A DNA stretch of 64,000 nt. Origin: Prochlorococcus sp. AG-679-M23 (GTDB taxonomy: Bacteria > Cyanobacteriota > Cyanobacteriia > PCC-6307 > Cyanobiaceae). Made by a program: the position numbers and the translations under genes. The stretch lies in NCBI GenBank assembly GCA_003208875.1, contig QCUR01000006.1, forward strand, positions 1 to 64,000, given 5' to 3'. A model generated the notes under the pieces. It ran no database searches. It saw nothing but the letters and a program-made list of their open reading frames with translations, and was not told the origin of the DNA. Shown here piece by piece: positions 57,130 to 64,000 of this stretch (positions within the stretch are counted from its first letter, which is position 1; each line of letters begins with the position of its first letter).

Positions 57130-59274
57130 ATGCGAAATAATCTTTCAAAATTTACAAAAGCTTTTACAAGCATGGCTTGTTTCTCTTTTATTTTTATTTC
57201 AAATAATTCAGAATTAGCAGCTAGGCATTTGCTTAATAAAGAAGGAGAATTTAAAAAAATTAAAATTAATAATAAAAATACAAATCAATACTTAAATGAT
57301 CCGATATCAGTTTTTAATTTTGCGAATAAGAATAATGTGTTAATCGTAGATAATGGTGAAAGAGATTCTGAAGAGAATGTGCTCATTTCAGAAATAATTA
57401 TTGAAGGATGGGAAAATCATCCTGAAGGTAGAAAGTTAGAGTTAGCAGCCTATGATTCTATGACTATCAAGCCTGGAAGCGTTATTAATAATAAAAAATT
57501 AAATAATGATTTAAATTCAATCTATGCAAGTGGTTGGTTCTCAGGCGTAAAGATTAAGTCTGAAGATGGTCCACTAGGAGTAAGGCTGATAGTAAGCGTT
57601 GTGCCTAATCCAATCCTAAAAAAAGTCAAACTTAACCCGAAAAATACAATTATTCCTAATGAATTTTTGGACAATGTTTTTACTAAGTATTATGGAACCA
57701 CTTTGAATTTAAATGAACTTCAAAATAGAATAAATTTGATTAAAAAATGGTACACCGAAAAGGGTTATTCTCTTTCAAGAATAAATGGTCCTGAAAGAAT
57801 CTCTGGTGATGGAATTGTCATTTTAAATGTAGACGAAGGAATAGTTTCAGATATTGAATTAAGGTTTATTGGCTCAGATGGAGAATCTATTGTAGATGGG
57901 AAGCCTAGGAAAGGTAAAACAAAAGATTGGGTCATAAAGAGAGAATTGAAGACAATACCAGGCTCTATATTTAATAGAACAATATTAGAAGCCGATATAA
58001 AAAGACTTTATGCCACATCCCTGTTTGATGATGTCAAAGTTTCTCTTGGTCCGGATACTAAAAATCCTGGAAAAGTTATAATTTTCTTAGATTTGAGTGA
58101 GCAAAGAACAGGTTCCCTAACAGGTGGTTTAGGGTACAGTAATGGTTCTGGTGTCTTTGCACAAATTGGATTGTCAGAAACTAATGCTTTAGGAAGAGCA
58201 TGGTCAACAAATATCAATCTTAATTTTGGTGAATACTCAACAACTTATAATTTTTCATTATCTGACCCTTGGATAAAAGGTGATAAGTATAAGACTTCTT
58301 TTAGGACAAATGTTTTTTTAAGTCGAGATTATCCTCAAGAATTTAAAAGTGAAAAAAATGGAAGAATTTATGCTGTCGATGATACTACATCTGAGAGTAC
58401 AGATTCTTTTTCATCAATAGTTCTAGAAAAAACAGGCGGTGGATTCTCATTCTCAAGGCCTCTTAACGGTGGAGATCCTTTTAGAGAAACAAAATGGAGA
58501 GTTCTTGCAGGGATGAATTTTAAACAAGTAAAAATGATTGATAGTGACGGAAATAAAAAACCTTATGGAACTACGAAACCAACAACCGCAAATATTAGTG
58601 AAATTATTTGTATTGGTTATTCACCTAAAGATGGTTCATGCCCTTCTGAAAATACATTAGTTAGTTTTATTGGCTCGACCACAAGGAATAGTTTTAATAA
58701 TTCAATTAATCCAACTTCAGGAAATAAATTAAGTCTTGGTAGTGAACAATTTATTTCAATGGGAAATAACTCTCCGACTTTTAATAGAATAAGAGCTACA
58801 TATGCATTTTTTATCCCAACAAAATTGATTAACCTTACTAAAGGATGTAAGTCTAGTGAGATTGTTAATAGTGATTGCCCTCAAACTATTGGATTCGAAT
58901 TTAAAGCTGGAACAATTATTGGGGATTTACCTCCTTATGAAGCATTTTGTATGGGAGGTTCTTCCTCTGTGAGAGGTTGGGGCTCATGTGATCTTTCTGT
59001 GAGTAAAAGTTTTGTGGAAGCAACTGCTGAATACCGCTTCCCCGTCTGGAGAATGATATCAGGAGCTTTATTCGCTGATTTTGGAAGTGATTTAGGATCC
59101 CAGGATGACGTTCCAGGTAAACCAGGTAAATTATTACAAAAATCGGGTTCTGGTTATTCTCTAGGAGGAGGGGTCGGTATTAAGACACCAATTGGACCTC
59201 TAAGATTGGATGTCGCAAGTAAAGACTTAAGTGGTGATTGGAGATATACTCTTGGAGTTGGATGGAAATTTTAA
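57130..59274 (+). CDS. bamA: Omp85/BamA outer-membrane assembly protein
   Basis: POTRA-like N-terminal half, SVRGW, TPIGPLRLD, C-terminal Phe. Confidence 0.93.
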   Translation: MRNNLSKFTKAFTSMACFSFIFISNNSELAARHLLNKEGEFKKIKINNKNTNQYLNDPISVFNFANKNNVLIVDNGERDSEENVLISEIIIEGWENHPEGRKLELAAYDSMTIKPGSVINNKKLNNDLNSIYASGWFSGVKIKSEDGPLGVRLIVSVVPNPILKKVKLNPKNTIIPNEFLDNVFTKYYGTTLNLNELQNRINLIKKWYTEKGYSLSRINGPERISGDGIVILNVDEGIVSDIELRFIGSDGESIVDGKPRKGKTKDWVIKRELKTIPGSIFNRTILEADIKRLYATSLFDDVKVSLGPDTKNPGKVIIFLDLSEQRTGSLTGGLGYSNGSGVFAQIGLSETNALGRAWSTNINLNFGEYSTTYNFSLSDPWIKGDKYKTSFRTNVFLSRDYPQEFKSEKNGRIYAVDDTTSESTDSFSSIVLEKTGGGFSFSRPLNGGDPFRETKWRVLAGMNFKQVKMIDSDGNKKPYGTTKPTTANISEIICIGYSPKDGSCPSENTLVSFIGSTTRNSFNNSINPTSGNKLSLGSEQFISMGNNSPTFNRIRATYAFFIPTKLINLTKGCKSSEIVNSDCPQTIGFEFKAGTIIGDLPPYEAFCMGGSSSVRGWGSCDLSVSKSFVEATAEYRFPVWRMISGALFADFGSDLGSQDDVPGKPGKLLQKSGSGYSLGGGVGIKTPIGPLRLDVASKDLSGDWRYTLGVGWKF

Positions 59275-60111
59275 GTGTTTTCTTGGCCTTCTAATTATGA
59301 TTCCTGTTACACACTCTCTGGTGTTATCACTAAAGAGGGTGTAGGACTTCATAGTGGTGAAAAAACAAGAATAAAAATTTCACCGTTTGAAAAAGAGGGA
59401 TATTATGTTTCTTTCTCTGACAAGCCTGACGAAATTTTTAAGTTAAATCAAGATTTAATTGGCAGTACTATGTTATGTACTGCAGTCAAATTAGCCGGAA
59501 GAAATTTATATACAATTGAACACTTATTAGCGTCATTGGCAGGTTGTGGATTGAGTTATATTCATATCGAAGTTGATGGGAAGGAAATCCCATTGCTTGA
59601 TGGATCAGCAATCCAATGGGTTAGGGCATTTGAAGAGGTCGGTATTAAAAGAGTTCCTAATCCAAAAAACTTTATAAAAGAGATAAATCAATCAATGATA
59701 TTTAATAAAGATACTTCAGTTATCGCATTAACTCCATCTAATAAAATTACAATTATCTCAACTATAAATTTTTCTTATAAAGCAATTGGAAATCAAACTT
59801 ACGTAATAGATTTAAATCCAAATTGTTTTGTGGAAAATATTGCACCTGCTCGTACATTTGGTTTTAAGGACCAATTTCAAGAATTAAGTGAATTAGGATT
59901 AATAAAAGGGGGCAGTTTAGAAAATGCCCTCGTATGTGATGGGGATAAATGGGTTAATCCTCCATTAAGATTTAGTAATGAACCTATAAGACATAAAATT
60001 TTAGATCTTATTGGGGACTTAGCTTTGGTAGGGTTACCTAAGGCTCAAATTTTAGTCTATAAAGGATCACATTCTTTGAATGCTTTATTGGCCTCATCAC
60101 TAAAAAATTAA
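59275..60111 (+). CDS. lpxC: UDP-3-O-acyl-GlcNAc deacetylase
   Basis: GVGLHSG, TIEHL, ARTFG, HKILD..GD. Confidence 0.96.
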   Translation: MFSWPSNYDSCYTLSGVITKEGVGLHSGEKTRIKISPFEKEGYYVSFSDKPDEIFKLNQDLIGSTMLCTAVKLAGRNLYTIEHLLASLAGCGLSYIHIEVDGKEIPLLDGSAIQWVRAFEEVGIKRVPNPKNFIKEINQSMIFNKDTSVIALTPSNKITIISTINFSYKAIGNQTYVIDLNPNCFVENIAPARTFGFKDQFQELSELGLIKGGSLENALVCDGDKWVNPPLRFSNEPIRHKILDLIGDLALVGLPKAQILVYKGSHSLNALLASSLKN

Positions 60112-60128
60112 CTTTATTTTCTTAAGTT

Positions 60129-60587
60129 TTGGAACAACAATTATCGACTGAAAATAATCAACTATCTTCTGAGGAAATATTAGGTCTTTTGCCTCATAGA
60201 TTTCCTTTTGCTCTTATAGATAGAGTTATAGAACATGTCCCAGGCAAAAAAGCTGTTGCATTGAAAAATGTGACTATAAATGAGCCTCAATTTCAGGGGC
60301 ATTTCCCAGAGAGACCTTTAATGCCTGGGGTGCTTATTGTTGAATCAATGGCTCAAGTGGGGGGAATAATCGTAACTCAAATGCCTGACCTTCCCAAAGG
60401 ACTTTTTGTATTTGCAGGTATTAATAATGTCAAATTTAGAAGGCCAGTAGTACCTGGAGACCAATTAGTAATTACTTGCGAGTTATTAAGTATAAAAAGA
60501 CAAAGATTTGGGAAGGTAAAAGGTGAAGCTCATGTTGATGGGAAGTTGGTTTGCTCAGGCGAATTAATGTTTTCATTAGTTGATTAA
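60129..60587 (+). CDS. fabZ: 3-hydroxyacyl-ACP dehydratase
   Basis: LPHRFPF, FQGHFP, MPGVL..E. Confidence 0.97.
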   Translation: MEQQLSTENNQLSSEEILGLLPHRFPFALIDRVIEHVPGKKAVALKNVTINEPQFQGHFPERPLMPGVLIVESMAQVGGIIVTQMPDLPKGLFVFAGINNVKFRRPVVPGDQLVITCELLSIKRQRFGKVKGEAHVDGKLVCSGELMFSLVD

Positions 60588-60591
60588 AAAC

Positions 60592-61422
60592 ATGGAGATT
60601 AAAAATACTAATTTTAAAGGTGCAATAGTTCATCCAAATGCATTTGTTGATTCAAGCGCAGAGTTACATGATGGAGTTTCTATTGCTAGTGGAGCTATTA
60701 TCGGGCCAAACGTCGTAATAGATTCAGGTACTCAAATAGGCCCTAATGCTGTTATTGAAGGTAAAACAAAAATAGGTAAAAATAATAAAGTTTTTCCAAA
60801 TGTTTTTATTGGACTTGAACCTCAAGACCTTAAATATAAGGGTGCATCTACAGAGGTAGTTATTGGGGATAATAATACTTTTAGAGAATGTGTAACTATT
60901 AATAAAGCAACTGACGAAGGAGAAAAAACAATTATTGGTAATAATAATTTATTAATGGCCTATACACATATTGGTCATAATTGTGAACTTGGCAATGGAA
61001 TAGTTTTATCAAATAGTGTTCAAGTTGCTGGCCATGTAAAAGTTGAAGATAAAGCAATTATTGGAGGTTGTTTAGGTATCCATCAATTTGTTCATGTAGG
61101 GTATCTCGCAATGATAGGCGGGATGACAAGAGTTGATAGAGATGTTCCTCCTTTTTGCTTGGTAGAAGGACATCCTGGAAGATTGAGAGGCTTAAATAGA
61201 GTAGGAATAAAAAGAAGCGGGTTAATGGAAAATAAAGAGTTTGATTTAAAATTATTGCAAGATACATGGAATCTATTATTTAAATCTAATGATGTAATTT
61301 CTGTTTCATTGGAGATAGCGATGAAAGAGAAATTAGACCTTTCTTCTACCAAGCTTTGTAATTTTTTAAAAGATTCAATATCTAAGAAAAGAAGAGGACC
61401 AATGCCTTCAATTAATTTATGA
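60592..61422 (+). CDS. lpxA: UDP-GlcNAc O-acyltransferase
   Basis: Hexapeptide repeats, PQDLKY, HIGHNC, HQF; ATG 60592 preferred. Confidence 0.96.
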   Translation: MEIKNTNFKGAIVHPNAFVDSSAELHDGVSIASGAIIGPNVVIDSGTQIGPNAVIEGKTKIGKNNKVFPNVFIGLEPQDLKYKGASTEVVIGDNNTFRECVTINKATDEGEKTIIGNNNLLMAYTHIGHNCELGNGIVLSNSVQVAGHVKVEDKAIIGGCLGIHQFVHVGYLAMIGGMTRVDRDVPPFCLVEGHPGRLRGLNRVGIKRSGLMENKEFDLKLLQDTWNLLFKSNDVISVSLEIAMKEKLDLSSTKLCNFLKDSISKKRRGPMPSINL

Positions 61423-62597
61423 ATAGAAAGATATTCATAAGTACTGGAGAAGTTTCAGGGGATTTGCATGGAAGTTTATTAGCTAATGCCTTATTTAATG
61501 AAGCTAAAACAAAATCTATAGATTTAGAAATTTGTGGATTAGGTGGGGCAAGGATGAAGAAAGAAGGTGTACAAATTCTTCAAGATACAACGTCAATTAG
61601 TGCAATAGGAATTTGGGAGGCTTTACCCCTTATTCTTCCAACAATAAGAATTCAAAGAAGATTTTATAAATTACTAAAAAAATATCCTCCAGATTGTCTG
61701 ATTTTGATTGACTATATGGGTCCTAATATTAATATTGGTGCTAAATTAAAAAGATCGAGAAATAATATTCCAATTTACTACTACATAGCTCCCCAAGAAT
61801 GGGCTTGGAGAGTTGGTAACAATAGCACTACAAATTTAATTAATTTTTCTGATAAAATTTTTGCGATTTTTAAGCAAGAAGCAGTTTTTTATAGAAGAAG
61901 GGGAGGAAATGTTTCTTGGGTTGGACATCCAATGCTTGATTTAACGAAAAAACTACCTTCCAAGAAATTTTCTAGAACAATTCTAAAACTTAAAGCAAAT
62001 CAAAATATCTTGCTTTTAATGCCTGCATCAAGACCACAAGAGTTAAAATATATATTGCCCACCTTTTTGAAAACCGCCAAAAAATTACAATTAAGATATC
62101 CAAGTCTCTTAGTTTATATTCCATCTTGTAGGAGTATTTTTGATGAAAAATTTAGACAGGGTTTAGAAAAATATGAAATTAAAGGGAAGGTTATTTCTCA
62201 ACAAGATAATTCTAAATTTATGCCTTACATTTATTCATTAACGAAACTAGCTTTGTGCAAATCAGGCACAGTTAATATGGAATTGGCTTTATATGGAATA
62301 CCACAGATTATTGGATATAGAGTAAGTAGAGTTACTGCTTTTATTGCTAAAAGAATTCTCAATTTTAAAGTAAGGTTTATTTCGCCTGTGAATCTTTTAG
62401 TAAAAAAATTTGTAATACCTGAGTTTGTCCAGAAAAATTTTAATGAAAAGAAAATTTTTTTTAAAGCTTGCAGGATTCTCGATCTGACATCAGAAAAAGT
62501 AAAAATCAAAAAAGGGTATACTCTTTTAAGAAAAGAATTAGGAGAGGAAGGAGTAGTTGATAGAGCGGCAAAAGAAATTATTAATTCTATTATTTGA
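61419..62597 (+). CDS. lpxB: Lipid-A-disaccharide synthase
   Basis: GEVSGD, PQ.WAWR, VGHP, SGT. Confidence 0.96.
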   Translation: MNRKIFISTGEVSGDLHGSLLANALFNEAKTKSIDLEICGLGGARMKKEGVQILQDTTSISAIGIWEALPLILPTIRIQRRFYKLLKKYPPDCLILIDYMGPNINIGAKLKRSRNNIPIYYYIAPQEWAWRVGNNSTTNLINFSDKIFAIFKQEAVFYRRRGGNVSWVGHPMLDLTKKLPSKKFSRTILKLKANQNILLLMPASRPQELKYILPTFLKTAKKLQLRYPSLLVYIPSCRSIFDEKFRQGLEKYEIKGKVISQQDNSKFMPYIYSLTKLALCKSGTVNMELALYGIPQIIGYRVSRVTAFIAKRILNFKVRFISPVNLLVKKFVIPEFVQKNFNEKKIFFKACRILDLTSEKVKIKKGYTLLRKELGEEGVVDRAAKEIINSII

Positions 62598-62610
62598 ACT
62601 TTATAATGGA

Positions 62611-63216
62611 ATGATGAAACTTTTTTTACCTTTAATAATTGCTTTTTCAATTTTAATTAACCCTTTAAATACCCTTGCAGAAGAATTGATTCTTGCGGGA
62701 GGCTGTTTTTGGTGTTTAGAACATGACTTAGAGTCTTTAAAAGGAATTAATTCTGTAGAAAGTGGATACTCAGGAGGGGATTTACAAAATCCTTCATACG
62801 AAAATCATGAAGGGCATCAGGAAGTAGTTTTGGTTAACTATGATTCCCAACTGGTAAGTTTACCCGAGATACTTAGGCTCTATTTCAGAAATATTGATCC
62901 TATCGATGGTAAGGGGCAGTTTTGTGATCGTGGAGATTCTTATAGGCCAGTGATTTTTTTCAAAGATGATACTGAGGAAAGTGATGCAAATAATGCAATT
63001 GTTTCGGCCTCTAATGAGTTACAAGTGCCATTAGAAAAAATATCTGTAGAACTAAAATCAAAAAGTCAATTTTGGTTGGCCGAAGAATATCATCAGGATT
63101 TTGCCGAGAGAAATGAATTGAAATATAAGTTCTATAGATTCTCATGTGGGAGAGATCAGAGGTTGGATAAATTATGGGGGGATAACGCTAGGTCAACAAA
63201 TCTTTGGACTGAATGA
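62611..63216 (+). CDS. msrA: Peptide-methionine (S)-S-oxide reductase with signal peptide
   Basis: AGGCFWC, GYSGG, GQFCD.G, AEEYHQ; ATG 62611 preferred. Confidence 0.94.
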   Translation: MMKLFLPLIIAFSILINPLNTLAEELILAGGCFWCLEHDLESLKGINSVESGYSGGDLQNPSYENHEGHQEVVLVNYDSQLVSLPEILRLYFRNIDPIDGKGQFCDRGDSYRPVIFFKDDTEESDANNAIVSASNELQVPLEKISVELKSKSQFWLAEEYHQDFAERNELKYKFYRFSCGRDQRLDKLWGDNARSTNLWTE

Positions 63217-63228
63217 TTTCAAATATAA

Positions 63229-64000
63229 TTATTTATTTTTAATCCATTGAACAAGAGTTTTAACTCCAAAACCGGTTGCACCTGATGGATTAATCCCCTT
63301 ATTCTTATCAGTCCAGCAAGTCCCAGCAATATCAATATGAGCCCATTTAATCTCTGTATCAAAGAATTCCTCTAAAAACAAAGCAGCTGTTATAGACCCA
63401 CCTGCTCTAGGGCCTGTATTTTTCATATCAGCTATATGAGACTTTAACCCTTCTTTATAAGATTTTTGTAAAGGCATTTGCCATAATTCTTCTCCAGCTT
63501 GGGATGATGCAGCTTTTAGATCATTTGCTAGATCATCATTATTGCTCCAGAATCCAGCTACATCATTCCCTAATGCAACAACAATAGCTCCTGTTAAAGT
63601 GGCGAGATCTATTATTGAATCCGGTTTTAAATTGGATGCATAAGTTAAAGCATCAGCTAATGTGAGTCTACCCTCTGCATCAGTGTTATTTATTTCAATT
63701 GTCTTACCATTAGATGCCTTAACTACATCTCCTGGATGTACTGCAGATCCATTTATCATATTTTCGCAAGCTGCCACAATAAAATGTATTTCTAGTCCCT
63801 TTGGTTTTATTGCTCCAAGAGCTTTTGCTGCTCCTAAAACTGCAGCGCTTCCGCCCATATCATATTTCATCATTTCAATTTGAGAGGCTCCTACTTTTAG
63901 GTTGTATCCTCCAGAATCAAAGGTTAAACCCTTCCCAACAAGTGCAATCTTTTCTTTTATAGGCCCCTCTGACTTCAAAGTAAGATGTATAAATTTAGGG
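63229..64000 (-). CDS. pepA: Leucyl aminopeptidase (M17), 5' part beyond window edge
   Basis: [24 protein letters not shown]. Confidence 0.96.
   Translation of the reverse strand, partial: PKFIHLTLKSEGPIKEKIALVGKGLTFDSGGYNLKVGASQIEMMKYDMGGSAAVLGAAKALGAIKPKGLEIHFIVAACENMINGSAVHPGDVVKASNGKTIEINNTDAEGRLTLADALTYASNLKPDSIIDLATLTGAIVVALGNDVAGFWSNNDDLANDLKAASSQAGEELWQMPLQKSYKEGLKSHIADMKNTGPRAGGSITAALFLEEFFDTEIKWAHIDIAGTCWTDKNKGINPSGATGFGVKTLVQWIKNK

Noticed and set aside
1422..63883. ORF-track entries antisense to or nested in well-supported genes (e.g. 1422, 6738, 7271, 7978, 17055, 18379, 28091, 29081, 29333, 29828, 30807, 31781, 33934, 34801, 36635, 37228, 37762, 40686, 41496, 42640, 44225, 47201, 49399, 54125, 55718, 58008, 61058, 61092, 62231, 63662)
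   Set aside because: Shadow frames with no recognisable motifs, overlapping genes that have clear family signatures

Overview
Very AT-rich marine picocyanobacterial chromosome; gene content and order point to high-light Prochlorococcus (inference). Right part (~40.6-64 kb) is core genome: serA, prmA, petF, rnz, truB, rpmA/rplU, kaiB-kaiC without kaiA, nblS, purD/purC, bamA-lpxC-fabZ-lpxA-lpxB, msrA and a partial pepA. Left part (1-40.4 kb) is a stress-related genomic island starting at the 3' end of tRNA-Val(GAC). It carries three hli genes, two fatty-acid desaturases, SRAP, an inverted-domain photolyase, an RRM protein, a GAF sensor, pirin, an orphan tyrosine-recombinase domain and more than 25 microprotein ORFs (30-59 aa) that I translated by hand and that the ORF track missed. 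The most notable unexplained structure is regulatory: (i) a recurring TRAGTA-N4-TACTYA operator on promoters of candidate sRNAs and small genes; (ii) tandem K-box-like GTWCGG sites exactly 22 bp apart at three microprotein loci; (iii) two covarying GGGA-capped RNA hairpins; (iv) a structured leader on a YRG-motif peptide; (v) a perfect 16-8-16 inverted repeat. Several microproteins form dispersed paralog pairs, and one carries a CP12-type C-terminal motif. No CRISPR, rRNA or IS element was seen. All calls are by eye; no database searches or folding programs were run.
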